A DNA stretch of 64,000 bases from an uncultured Bordetella sp. (GCA_964564865.1 CAZMDA010000004.1:7895-71894), one strand, 5' to 3'. Positions 48,616 through 58,479 are shown, numbered from the stretch's first letter. Made by a program: numbers and translations. The notes: a model not told the origin generated them from the sequence alone.

Positions 48616-51246
48616 TCAGCTCTCCCAGCCCGCCAGCCAGCGGTAGTCGTTGTACTCCTCCGGCAAAACTTCCGGTTCGAGCGCTTCGAGCGGCGCCACC
48701 GACTCTTCGGTGGGATCGATGCTTTCGGCTGCAACCTCGATCATCCCCGCGTCGATCTGGGAGCGGCGCCATTTCCAGCCGGCGACGAACCGATCCCACA
48801 GCTGCGCAGTGGACCCACCGCCGCCTGAATGAACCGCACGCGCCTGCGGAAAGAACCCGGTGTCCGGCGCGACGAGACGCGAGGCTTCGAGAATGAAGTA
48901 GGAAACCTGCGGCCACGCCCCGGTTTCCTGCCGCAGCATCTCCGCATACACCGCGAGCTGCAGGTGGCGATTCTTCGCGAGACGGTCCTGGTAGTAGGTG
49001 CCGCCGGACCACTTCATGTCGACGATGCCGAGCTGGCCGGACCAGTTTCGCACGACGAGATCGGCGATGCCCTCGAGGTCACCGCCAGCAAACGTCCCGG
49101 CAAGTACGCGCTCAGGCTCGACGGCGTCAATGCCCGCCGCCGCGAACTGCCGCTGGAACTCCGCGATGGCGCGCTCCAAAGCGGAACGAAGCCGCTCGTA
49201 ATCCCCGCGCCGGCCCGGCATCAGGAGAACCGCGCCCTCCTCCGCCACGACCGCTGCGAACTCGCGCGAGAACCAAGTAGCAAGCGCATTGCCGCGAAGT
49301 CCGAGCGCGCCGTCCGTTCGAAAGAATCGATCGATCAACCGGTGCGCGAGGTTGCCGTAGAGCAGATTCTCGTCGGCTACCGAAAGGAGGTTGGACGGGT
49401 TCAGTCTTGCCGCATACCTCAGGACCCACTGGTAAGGCGCGTTCAAGAACGCGTTGAGGCTAGAGTAGGACTCGCGGTCGCGTGAGGGGATCCTCGCTTC
49501 ACGCGGCAAGCTCCACCAGCGCCGGCGCGCGGGCAGTGGTGCGTGTGCAATCGGCGGCAGGTCGCCTGCTGCACCACTGGCGATGAGGCCCTCCACTGGC
49601 TCCGGCCTTACCCCCTCGACGAACCACTGGATCTCCTGCCACAGCGGGTGACTCTCCTCTCCCGTCGGAGGGAGCACGAGCACGAGTTGCTTGCGCGCAT
49701 TCAGGACCGGCCTGAGCCATTCGTCGGCCCGATTCTTCAGCAAGTCCGCAAGCGGCGGCAGTTCCACCCCGGCCCGTGCGAGTGATGCCACCTCGCTCGC
49801 GCTCCACGGGTAGTGACCAGGCAGCGACGGAGCGCCCATCTGCCACCAGATCACCCGGTCGAAGGGTTCCACGAGCGCCCCCGGGTCGGACACCGAAGGC
49901 ACGCACCCGACCTCGGCGTGCATCGCAAAATTGGGCGCGCCCTGCGCCGTGCACTGCGCAACCAGCGCCTCAAGTTCCGCTGGGTTGACCGAGGATTCCC
50001 CTTGCGCCGCGAGTGTCTCAAGGGCAGCCGTCACGGCGCCAGCCTGCGCGACACCGGTAGCGGCAGCTGCGCTGCGATTCACGTCATCGTCCGCCAGCCT
50101 GGCACCGAAGTAGTCGCGAACCCTGCGGGTTCTGTCGAGCAGCGCGGCGATGGGCGCGCCCTGTTCGGGGCGGTAACGCGGATGCTCGACCCAGAAGGCC
50201 ACCGCCTGGCGCAGATCGGCTGCGCGATCGGGATGATGCCGGATGATCTCCTCGACCGCCTCTTTCCAGCGCTGGCCGCCGATGCCGGGAAACTGCGCAA
50301 TGATTTCGGCCAGCCGCCGTCGTGCATAACCGGGAACCGGCCCGATCGGGTGCGAGAGAAACTGGAGCAGCGCGTAGACATCGAGCGGCTCCCAGACCGT
50401 GGCGAGCGCAAGCGGCAGAACCTGAAGCGCAGGCGCGAGCGGGCTCGCATCCAGAAAACCCTGCCGGGCGGCGTCAGCGGCGTCGAGCGTCGCGTCGAGC
50501 AAGGTGCGGCCCTGCTCGGCGACGATCGCGGCACCTCCCTGTGAAGGGGTGAGCGCGTGCGCAACCCATCGGGCCGCGACCAGCCCCGTCTCGGCGCGCA
50601 CGACGCGCAGGCTGCCATCGCCCGACCAGGGGATCTTTCCGTCCGGGCGATTGCCGTCGTGCGCGGCCTTCAGCGCGATCTGAAGTTTGCCGAGCAGAGA
50701 GTTCGGGTCGGCCGAAGGTCCGTATGCCCTGACCGCGCGCACCGGCAGCTTCGAGAGCACTTCCCGCCAGCGCTTCGGAAACGCTTCGATCGGGTCGACC
50801 AGCTCGACGCTGTCGATCTTGCACTCCTGTTTGTCGAGTGAGCGCGCGACCTCGACCAGGCGCTCGCCGACCGAAGGAAACAGCAGCTCAGCCGTGGCCT
50901 TCTCCACCGCGGCAATGTCGGCGATGCGGGTGCCTGCCCCTGAGGGCGCGCCGCCGTTCCAGCCGTGCAAATGCCACGCGTCCCGCCACGACAGCAGGGA
51001 TGCGGAAGTTCCGATCGGATCGATGCCGAACGACGCGTGATAGAAGCGGTCCAGGGCGTCGCAACGCTTAAGACAGTCGCGGTACTGGGTCACTCGGTGC
51101 GCATGCTCACAGTCGGCGCGCAGCAGGCCGAGTCGCGTCTCGAGCAGGTTCAGAAATCCTTGCGAGCCGAGAACCGGCATTCCCAGCCGGTTGGCGGGTT
51201 GCCAGCCGCGCTCGCCGTCGAGCCGCAATCCAAAAGTTATCTGCAT
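48616..51246 (-). CDS. AddB-like PD-(D/E)XK nuclease subunit (no Walker A seen)
   Basis: C-terminal GIADLVV...LGIVDMKW...HLQLAVYA (D, (D/E)-x-K, QxxxY) RecB-family nuclease motifs. The stop lies 3 nt before the AddA-like ATG, whose GGGAGAG SD is inside this gene. Start ATG 51246 has AGGA upstream; the ORF stays open to TTG 51282. Confidence 0.72.
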   Translation of the reverse strand: MQITFGLRLDGERGWQPANRLGMPVLGSQGFLNLLETRLGLLRADCEHAHRVTQYRDCLKRCDALDRFYHASFGIDPIGTSASLLSWRDAWHLHGWNGGAPSGAGTRIADIAAVEKATAELLFPSVGERLVEVARSLDKQECKIDSVELVDPIEAFPKRWREVLSKLPVRAVRAYGPSADPNSLLGKLQIALKAAHDGNRPDGKIPWSGDGSLRVVRAETGLVAARWVAHALTPSQGGAAIVAEQGRTLLDATLDAADAARQGFLDASPLAPALQVLPLALATVWEPLDVYALLQFLSHPIGPVPGYARRRLAEIIAQFPGIGGQRWKEAVEEIIRHHPDRAADLRQAVAFWVEHPRYRPEQGAPIAALLDRTRRVRDYFGARLADDDVNRSAAAATGVAQAGAVTAALETLAAQGESSVNPAELEALVAQCTAQGAPNFAMHAEVGCVPSVSDPGALVEPFDRVIWWQMGAPSLPGHYPWSASEVASLARAGVELPPLADLLKNRADEWLRPVLNARKQLVLVLPPTGEESHPLWQEIQWFVEGVRPEPVEGLIASGAAGDLPPIAHAPLPARRRWWSLPREARIPSRDRESYSSLNAFLNAPYQWVLRYAARLNPSNLLSVADENLLYGNLAHRLIDRFFRTDGALGLRGNALATWFSREFAAVVAEEGAVLLMPGRRGDYERLRSALERAIAEFQRQFAAAGIDAVEPERVLAGTFAGGDLEGIADLVVRNWSGQLGIVDMKWSGGTYYQDRLAKNRHLQLAVYAEMLRQETGAWPQVSYFILEASRLVAPDTGFFPQARAVHSGGGGSTAQLWDRFVAGWKWRRSQIDAGMIEVAAESIDPTEESVAPLEALEPEVLPEEYNDYRWLAGWES

Positions 51247-51313
51247 CCGATGGATCCTGGCTGCAGGACGCGCCATACCCAATGAATCGGACCGATGGCG
51301 CGCGGACCAAGCA

Positions 51314-51883
51314 TCACAACAAGTCCTGCATGGTTTCCAGAGCCGAGACCGTTCCAGCCAATCCCAGGGAGAGAAATGTGTCGAGGAGCTCGCGCACGGA
51401 GCGCGCCGGGCGCGTCAAAGCGAGTCGCTGGTCGCGCACCGCGGCGCACACCGCGCCCGCAGACAGGTCGAAGAGGTGCGCGACGAACTCGTCCGGATGC
51501 TGGGCCGCGATACCGTAGGGATCGAGGACCTCCGAAGGAAAATCGGAAAGGTTGTACGTGACGATGACACCCGCCTGACAACGGATCGCCGCGGCGAGTA
51601 CGTGCCGGTCATGCGGATCGGGCAGCTTCAGTTGATCGACCAGACCCTCGTGGCCGGTGACGAGACAATCGGGGACCGACGCGTCCATGAGTGCCCTCGT
51701 GCGAGCGAGCTGCTCGGTCGTGAGGTCGGGCCGCCGGTCAAGAACCGATCGGATCCACTCGGCGTGAATCTGCTCGGTCCAGCGAGCGCGGAACAGATCG
51801 GTGAGCGCGACGCGCAGCAACAGATCCCGCAAGGGCGCCGGGTGCAGGACGCACGCGTCGTAGATAGCGGTGAAGCTCGCCAC
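51314..51883 (-). CDS. PIN-domain toxin (VapC-like)
   Basis: 189 aa, GTG start. IYDACVLHP (first acidic residue) and DPHDRHVLAAAIRCQAGVIVTYNLSDF are typical PIN motifs. Confidence 0.8.
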   Translation of the reverse strand: MASFTAIYDACVLHPAPLRDLLLRVALTDLFRARWTEQIHAEWIRSVLDRRPDLTTEQLARTRALMDASVPDCLVTGHEGLVDQLKLPDPHDRHVLAAAIRCQAGVIVTYNLSDFPSEVLDPYGIAAQHPDEFVAHLFDLSAGAVCAAVRDQRLALTRPARSVRELLDTFLSLGLAGTVSALETMQDLL

Positions 51884-51890
51884 CCGCTAG

Positions 51891-53072
51891 GGAATCTCTG
51901 AATTAACCCGCCGTTTACTTGTCATAGGGACATCAGGTCCGAACAACAAGAACGGGGGATGACCGTGAAGAACAAGCAGATGACGCTTGCTGGTTCCGGA
52001 TTCGAGAAGTTCTCCAAGACGACCCGGCGGGCACAGTTCCTCGCCGAGATGGACCGGGTGGTGCCTTGGCGTGAGCTGTGTGCGCTGGTTGAGCCGGTGT
52101 ATCCGAAGGGCACGACCGGCGCGGGGCGCCCGCCGGTGCCGCTGGAGCGGATGCTGCGGATCCACTGCCTTCAGCACTGGTTCAACCTGAGCGATCCGGC
52201 GGTCGAGGAAGCGCTGTACGACTCGGCGGCGATGCGGGCGTTTGCCGGGATCGACCTGGGCTCGGAGCCTGCGCCGGATGAGACGACGGTGTGCAAGTTC
52301 CGCCACTTGCTCGAGCGCAACCAACTGGGAACCCGGATCTTCCAGGAGATGGGGCGCTATCTCCAGAGCCAGGGGCTTCGCATCAGCTCGGGCACGATCG
52401 TCGATGCGACGATCATCAGCGCTCCCAGCTCCACCAAGAACTCCGAGGGCAAGCGTGACCCGGAGATGCACCAGACCCGCAAGGGCAAGGACTGGCACTT
52501 CGGCATGAAGGCGCATGTCGGGGTGGACCGCAAGACCAAGCTCATTCACTCCGTGGCTGCCACCCCAGCGAACGTCTCCGACGGCAGCATGATCGAGTCG
52601 CTGCTGCATGGCGGCGAGACGCATGTCTGGGGTGACGCGGCGTATGTCGGCCAAGGCGAGCGTATCCGGGCCAAGGCGCCCCAAGCCAAGGACTTCACCC
52701 AGCGCCGGGGCCGCGGCTACAAATACCTGAGCGCCTACGATCGATGGATCAACCGAGCCCGATCCAGAGTGCGGGCCCGAGTCGAGCACTCGATCGGGGT
52801 GATCAAACGGGTCTTCGGCTTCGCCAAGGTGCGCTACCGCGGCATCGCGAAGAACGCCAACCGGTTGTTCGTGACCTGCGCGCTGGCGAATCTGTTCATC
52901 GCCCGCCATCACTTGATCCGAACCCGAGGGGCGTAGTGCGTCCGAAAATCGGAACGGGGCTTCTTCGGAGCCCCAAACGAGCAGAAAACGGGCTCTCTCG
53001 GACCGTATCTGCCTCATTCCCACTTCGTAAAGCGCTGTCGGTCGCATTCGCGGTGCTTACTTCAGACGTTCC
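51891..53072 (+). mobile_element. IS5-family (IS5 group) insertion sequence, 1182 bp, flanked by a 4-bp CTAG target duplication
   Basis: Terminal inverted repeats GGAATCTCTGAATTAACC / GGAACGTCTGAAGTAAGC (14 of the first 18 positions match). CTAG at 51887-51890 and 53073-53076. A single DDE transposase ORF lies inside. Confidence 0.85.
51959..52936 (+). CDS. IS5-family DDE transposase
   Basis: 325 aa, collinear with E. coli IS5 transposase as remembered: LERMLRIHCLQHWFNLSDPAVEEALYD, DATIISAPSSTKN, KDWHFGMKAHVGVD, RARVEHSIGVIKRVFGF. Confidence 0.93.
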   Translation: MTVKNKQMTLAGSGFEKFSKTTRRAQFLAEMDRVVPWRELCALVEPVYPKGTTGAGRPPVPLERMLRIHCLQHWFNLSDPAVEEALYDSAAMRAFAGIDLGSEPAPDETTVCKFRHLLERNQLGTRIFQEMGRYLQSQGLRISSGTIVDATIISAPSSTKNSEGKRDPEMHQTRKGKDWHFGMKAHVGVDRKTKLIHSVAATPANVSDGSMIESLLHGGETHVWGDAAYVGQGERIRAKAPQAKDFTQRRGRGYKYLSAYDRWINRARSRVRARVEHSIGVIKRVFGFAKVRYRGIAKNANRLFVTCALANLFIARHHLIRTRGA

Positions 53073-53534
53073 CTAGTACCCCATCCCCAGTTCCTGCGCC
53101 TGCTCGGCCAGCTCGTCCAGTGCCTTCTTTCTGGCGACCCGCGAGCGCTGCTGGAACTCAACGAGGTCCTTGAAAAGAATTCGCCGGTGGGAGCCCACCT
53201 TGCGGTAGGGCAACTCGTTGTGCTCCAACAGGCCGACCAGATGGGGCCGGGATACGTTGAGAAAGTCGGCTGCCTGCTGTGTCGTCAGCTCGGCGTGGTA
53301 CGGCACGATGGTGACGGCGTTCCCTTCAGCCATCTGGGCGAGGATGTCCACCAGCATGCGCAGGGCGGATACCGGAACGTCGACTTCCTGGTTGCCATCG
53401 ATAACCTTCAGCCGCGCCAGTTCGCCGTGCCCGATGCACGCGGCGAGAAGGCGGCTACTTTCCCGCGCGATCTTCGCTTCCCGCTCCGTGGGCAGCGTGG
53501 GTGACGGCGGCGTCCGAAGCGATGTGGCAGTCAT
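53073..53534 (-). CDS. excisionase/MerR-type HTH antitoxin partner of the PIN toxin
   Basis: 153 aa. [45 protein letters not shown] is an excisionase-family HTH. AAGGAGA SD. Its stop codon lies inside the IS5 target duplication. Confidence 0.72.
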   Translation of the reverse strand: MTATSLRTPPSPTLPTEREAKIARESSRLLAACIGHGELARLKVIDGNQEVDVPVSALRMLVDILAQMAEGNAVTIVPYHAELTTQQAADFLNVSRPHLVGLLEHNELPYRKVGSHRRILFKDLVEFQQRSRVARKKALDELAEQAQELGMGY

Positions 53535-53571
53535 GGTTGGCGATCTCCTTGTGTACAGTGCCTATACGCAA

Positions 53572-53607
53572 GGTAGTTTAGCATTATTCGCAATAACCGA
53601 AACTACC
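53572..53607. promoter_or_regulatory. imperfect palindrome upstream of the HTH antitoxin gene (candidate operator)
   Basis: GGTAGTTT (53572-53579) and AAACTACC (53600-53607) are reverse complements. They enclose an inner TTATT-CGC-AATAA palindrome, 38-73 nt upstream of the antitoxin ATG in AT-rich DNA. Confidence 0.45.
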
Positions 53608-53839
53608 AAAACATTCGAACTTATAATCCTTTGCAGCATATAGATCGCATACTAGATTGATATTACGAACCCTTTACCGCGCCCCACCACGGCCTGTCGG
53701 ACGTCGGGTTGGTGAATATTTGCCGGAAGCTTCGTAGGCCGGTTCCAGTAGTAGCTACCCAAGTGATCAAGACCACAGATCGCTTGAGGTGGCGACACCC
53801 ACGCCGTTTCCACCTTCATGCCGCTCTCCCCGCCCCGAT

Positions 53840-55027
53840 CTAGTCATTCTTGGTTGACGTGACCGATTCCTGCTCTACCGTGAATCCAGCGACCGCAACT
53901 GCTTCGCCCAAGTCCGTCCAACCAGCCGCATTTGCGAAATGTCGAATTCGCTCCAATGTGTGTGGCGTGGCTTTGCGACGCAAATCCGTTGGAACGTCTT
54001 CGGGATGCATTGACCATGGTTGAATCGAGTGACCCACCTTGCGTGCGTCCTGCGCAAGTGTGGCTGCTATTCGAAATCCGCCTTCATCAATGTCGCCCCA
54101 GTGATAGACCGGGATGTCCGTAGGCAACGCGGCCAAGATGCGCAAGTACATCGATCTCCATGCGGGCGAAGGCATGCCCGCCGTGTAGATCAGCAGCAAG
54201 TCTTCATTCGAACGCCTTCTTGCTTCGCTGTGAAACGTCGTCAGGTTTTCAATCGTGAGCACCATCTTTGGAGCACTCACCAGTCGCCTTACCGTACCAG
54301 CCGGCAGCCCTGTATAGGGCACGTCCAACCGCGCAGTGACACCTTTACGCTCGGCGATGACGTTGCCCGCGAGCAAAACCGGATGCTCTTCACGAAGAAG
54401 CCCGAGTTCCTGCCAAACCGAGGGGCCATCGCGCGCCTCCCCTTCGATGGAATTGGCTAGCAGAATATCCAGCGGAACCGTTAGCTTCTCGATGCGCTTG
54501 CTGTCATTGAATAGTCGTGCACTTGCCTCGCGAATGGGCAGGGACAACGGCTGGTCTACCGAATACGACTGGCAGAACTCGATCGTTCGGGCCGCGTCGA
54601 GCCAATCCTCGACACTTTCCGGGCCAAGTCCTCGTGTCTTTCGCAGTTCGGACCAGCGCCGTATGACCTCGTGGATAACCGGAAAGGTGGTGGCCATCGG
54701 CGCCAGCCGCTGTTGCGCGTCCGCGACCTTGTCCTGCGTAAGTGTCAACCCGAGAAAATTGCCGAGCCGCCTGGTGTCCGCGAGATTGATCCTCTCGATG
54801 AATCCGCTATGGGCACCACCTCCGTCCCAGACGAGATCAACCGCGCCCTCGGCGCGCGCGGCCATCATCGTCGATTCAAAAGATTCCTTGCGCTGGAGTG
54901 AAGTAAGTCGCCTGTACTCGTCGAGATCGCCCTTCGTCAATGAAGCCCCGCGCACACGCCGTCCCGCCGACAATTTCTCTCCCGACGAAAGCAGCCTCTC
55001 GAGACAGGATCGGGCCAGGGCATCCAT
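53840..55027 (-). CDS. jetD: Wadjet JetD (Toprim-like nuclease subunit)
   Basis: 395 aa, last gene of the jetABCD order. C-terminal VYHWGDIDEGGFRIA is a Toprim-like DxD motif. Size and position match JetD (DUF2220-type). Confidence 0.85.
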   Translation of the reverse strand: MDALARSCLERLLSSGEKLSAGRRVRGASLTKGDLDEYRRLTSLQRKESFESTMMAARAEGAVDLVWDGGGAHSGFIERINLADTRRLGNFLGLTLTQDKVADAQQRLAPMATTFPVIHEVIRRWSELRKTRGLGPESVEDWLDAARTIEFCQSYSVDQPLSLPIREASARLFNDSKRIEKLTVPLDILLANSIEGEARDGPSVWQELGLLREEHPVLLAGNVIAERKGVTARLDVPYTGLPAGTVRRLVSAPKMVLTIENLTTFHSEARRRSNEDLLLIYTAGMPSPAWRSMYLRILAALPTDIPVYHWGDIDEGGFRIAATLAQDARKVGHSIQPWSMHPEDVPTDLRRKATPHTLERIRHFANAAGWTDLGEAVAVAGFTVEQESVTSTKND

Positions 55028-55029
55028 GC

Positions 55030-58000
55030 CTACGCACCTGCCCCCTGCATCACGGCGTCGCTGCGCTCCAACCGCGCTGCGGAGATCTCCTGCTCGACAA
55101 GGGCGGGATTGAACTCCGGGAGATCCTCCCTGAACTGCTCACGAACCTGCTGCGATACGTCATGTCCCTCCAGAAAGATGGCGTTGTTGTCAGCGTCTCG
55201 GAGGATGTCGTAGTAGCGATGAAGAAATGCCGTCAGGGTTCCCAAATTCTCGCCCGGGCTGGCCATGAAAACTTGCAGGCCTAATTCTTCGAGATAGCGC
55301 ATGGTGGCGATGATGTTGGTCATGTCCATCTTGTTGAAAGCCTCGTCCAGCAGCATGAGGCGCAGGCCGTCCTTTTTGCCCCTGTCGAGACGATAGGCAG
55401 AAGCCAGCGCCGCCCCTGCAATGACATACAACGGGGCGCGATGCTCTCCGCCCGATCCCGGCCCCAGACGCTTGCTCAGGTGGCCGACCACCTTGGAACT
55501 CTTGGAAACCGTGTCCTCCCGAAGAATCTCGATGTCAAATTCGAAGAATTCCCGGTAATCATCCAGCGGGCTTCGCATGCCGGCCGCCCCCGGCGCGATT
55601 TTGTCCTCAATGAGCTGCCGAAAGGCTTCGGGAACCTCGCCTGCCCCGCCCAGGAGATCGACCGCGGGTCCATACGATGCAACGTCCTTCACGAACTTCA
55701 ACAGTGAATCGAGCTGCGGACGAACCACTCTCCGGAATCGATATCGCTCTCCATTGGAAAATGCCGGGCAAGTTCTCAGCACGGTATTGAGACGTTCCAT
55801 CGTTTCTTCGAGCCAATCCAGGTTGTTGCTCAACGCAATCGCCACGTCATTCCGGAAGGTTTCCTGAGATGTCCGGTAGGCCGCATCCATGTCGGCCTTA
55901 TGATTCGCGAGTTCCGTGCGGTCCAGTCGGTGAAGAAGATCCGCCAGCCACTGACCCGCGCTTCGCCAATCGGAAGTCGCCTCGACCGGCGCCTGCTCCC
56001 GGTAATTCGCGAGGAACGTCCCGAATTCCCCCATCCCCTTCGCCGTCGCCGCATTCATCCTTCTTGTGGCGCTCTCGCTCTGAGCCATGCAATGGCTGGC
56101 CATTTCGGCGTGTCGCTCGCCAAATCGTTCAAGCAGCGAATCCCACTGCCGCATCCAGAACTCATGGTCATATTCAGGATGGGCTCGTGCTTCGGCGGCT
56201 TCGGTTTCGGACCAGGCAAGCTTGGCCTGGGCGTCGGACTCCGACCGTTCTTTCGCGGTGAGTTCGATCTTGGCTGCGCCAACTTCCTGGTTCAGCGTGG
56301 CAATCTGCGGCCCCAGGGACTGTGCACGATCGAGCCATTCGCGCTCTTGAGCACCCAAACCGACGTACTCCGGGTCTGCGATGCCCTGCAGCTGCTGGGT
56401 CTTTGCATCAGCCTCGTCGACGGCCTTGCGCTGGTCCGTGAGAAGCCCTAGCAAATGTTGGATAACGATCTCCTCGCTGGCGATCTGACGCAACGCGGAT
56501 AGCAACTGTTTCACCGTGGCACGCTCGCGCTCCAGGCGCACCAGCTCGGATCTGTATCCTTCGATTTCGCGATGGAGTGCGTCTCGCTGGCCGGAGCCGC
56601 CGGCACCAATCCGGAAGGCCTCCGGTCGCACGAGTCGAAGTCGTTCGATTTCTCCCGCCGAAACGAGCATCCCGTCTTGTGTCAGGGTACGCTTTCCGTG
56701 CGAGAGCGCTTCGCTGTCTGACGTCGCGCGTCGCAAATCCCCGAACTGTCGCCGCAAGTACGCCGTCGCCGCAGGAGAATCACCGATAATCAATTCGGCC
56801 ACCGAACCCGCTTCCGGCGTCTTGCCAACCGGCTGCCGACTCTCCATCGCAATCTTCGCGCCGTACACAGCTCGGGGACCGGACAGCCCCCGGTAGATCT
56901 GGAATGCTTCGCGCTCCTCGTGCTCGGGCACCAGCAACGCGTCAATATGACGCCCGAGATAGGCTTCGATGGCAGGTTGCCAGGTGGCATCTGATATTCG
57001 AACAAGATCGCAAACCGGGACGGGATTCAGGCCGCGGTCTCGAAGTTCCGTCAACAATCGCTGTACTGACGATTCCAAAGGCGCTCGCCCCTCGCGGACA
57101 CGAGCCATTGCCGACTCGGCATCCTTCAATGCGCTGGTGACCTCCGAGTGACGCCGCTCGATGGCGCTGCCCTGGTTGAACACGTCGGATACTGACCGTG
57201 CGGCGACTTCCAGGGGGCGTTTGAGGTTCGACTGGATGTCGCCTGCAGTGATGTTGTCCAGCTTCGAAACGAGCGCTTCGACAGACTGTGCAGCGGACTT
57301 AAGCTCCATTGACTGTTGCTCCAGCAATGGCGACCCCGCTGCATCGGCGAGCGTTCGCCGAATCAGGCCCAGCGTGGTACGCAGCTCCCGGCCTTTATCC
57401 TGGCTCGTCTGGCGTGCCGACTGAATTTCAGTTTGCAGCGCGCCGTAATCCTTGTGGGCCGCATGTGCCTCGCGAGCCCGTCTGAATCTGGTCACCTCCG
57501 CATTCGCGTGCGCGAGGTCCGACTCCAAGGCCTGAAGCTCGGCAGTTTTCTTGACCAGGGTCTCCTGAGCACTGAGCTTGGATACCTGCGCGCTCTCCAG
57601 GGAAACACGGTTCGTCTCCACCGTCGCCATCTTCGCGATCGTGGTCCATGTTTGCGCGCGACGTGATTCGGTGGCTGCCTTTTCGAACTCGGCCCCCACT
57701 TTGCGGCCGTCTGCAATCTTCGCTTCGATCTGCGCTACCAGCTCGGCCAGCCTGCGGAACGAGTCCGTCACCTCGCGGAATTTCTTGACGTTTGTGGGTC
57801 GCGATTCAAGCACGTCATTTCGCACGATCTGATCGACGGATTTGTCGAATCGCATGCGGAGAACGAAACGAAATGCTCGAACAAAGGCTTCGGTGTGCGG
57901 CGTGCTATCGCTCCCCCGCAGTGCGAGGAGCGCAGCCTGTATGTAGCGCTGTGAATCGTTGAATAGTGGATCTTCCCCAGAGACGCGAGCACGCTCAATC

Positions 58001-58479
58001 AGTTGGTGCCGAAAGGTGCCCCACTCACGGGGTCTCTCAACGCCATCGACCGACTCGAGATGGTCGCCCAACGAGAGTTCGATCTTAGGAAGTATGTAGC
58101 GCCCCAAGACTTCATGGCCCTCCCGGTCGGCCGAAGCCTGCAGGCAAACGCCCATAGACAACGGTTCGTTCGTCCGGGCATCCCGCCATACCAGTGTGAT
58201 GTACGTGGTCGCGTGCTCGCGTGCCCGATGCTCAGCACTTTCGCCATACTGTCCGAGGCAATACGCCCGCAGGGATCGGGTGGTTGCCTGTTCATCCGCT
58301 TGCGCATTCAGTGCGACAAGCCTGCTGTTCGCGCCCAGCATGGCGATCTGCACCGCATCCAGTAATGAGCTTTTCCCGCTCCCGTTCGGCCCGAAAACAC
58401 CAGTGATATCGCGAAGCCGAATGTCCTGGCTTTCAAAGAGGAAAAACTGGACGACCCGGACATGTTCGAGGTATTTCAC
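55030..58479 (-). CDS. jetC: Wadjet JetC (SMC/MukB-like ABC ATPase)
   Basis: 1149 aa. GVFGPNGSGKSSLLDA Walker A at the N-terminus, a long coiled-coil middle, and LMLLDEAFNKMD Walker B at the C-terminus. Confidence 0.9.
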   Translation of the reverse strand: MKYLEHVRVVQFFLFESQDIRLRDITGVFGPNGSGKSSLLDAVQIAMLGANSRLVALNAQADEQATTRSLRAYCLGQYGESAEHRAREHATTYITLVWRDARTNEPLSMGVCLQASADREGHEVLGRYILPKIELSLGDHLESVDGVERPREWGTFRHQLIERARVSGEDPLFNDSQRYIQAALLALRGSDSTPHTEAFVRAFRFVLRMRFDKSVDQIVRNDVLESRPTNVKKFREVTDSFRRLAELVAQIEAKIADGRKVGAEFEKAATESRRAQTWTTIAKMATVETNRVSLESAQVSKLSAQETLVKKTAELQALESDLAHANAEVTRFRRAREAHAAHKDYGALQTEIQSARQTSQDKGRELRTTLGLIRRTLADAAGSPLLEQQSMELKSAAQSVEALVSKLDNITAGDIQSNLKRPLEVAARSVSDVFNQGSAIERRHSEVTSALKDAESAMARVREGRAPLESSVQRLLTELRDRGLNPVPVCDLVRISDATWQPAIEAYLGRHIDALLVPEHEEREAFQIYRGLSGPRAVYGAKIAMESRQPVGKTPEAGSVAELIIGDSPAATAYLRRQFGDLRRATSDSEALSHGKRTLTQDGMLVSAGEIERLRLVRPEAFRIGAGGSGQRDALHREIEGYRSELVRLERERATVKQLLSALRQIASEEIVIQHLLGLLTDQRKAVDEADAKTQQLQGIADPEYVGLGAQEREWLDRAQSLGPQIATLNQEVGAAKIELTAKERSESDAQAKLAWSETEAAEARAHPEYDHEFWMRQWDSLLERFGERHAEMASHCMAQSESATRRMNAATAKGMGEFGTFLANYREQAPVEATSDWRSAGQWLADLLHRLDRTELANHKADMDAAYRTSQETFRNDVAIALSNNLDWLEETMERLNTVLRTCPAFSNGERYRFRRVVRPQLDSLLKFVKDVASYGPAVDLLGGAGEVPEAFRQLIEDKIAPGAAGMRSPLDDYREFFEFDIEILREDTVSKSSKVVGHLSKRLGPGSGGEHRAPLYVIAGAALASAYRLDRGKKDGLRLMLLDEAFNKMDMTNIIATMRYLEELGLQVFMASPGENLGTLTAFLHRYYDILRDADNNAIFLEGHDVSQQVREQFREDLPEFNPALVEQEISAARLERSDAVMQGAGA

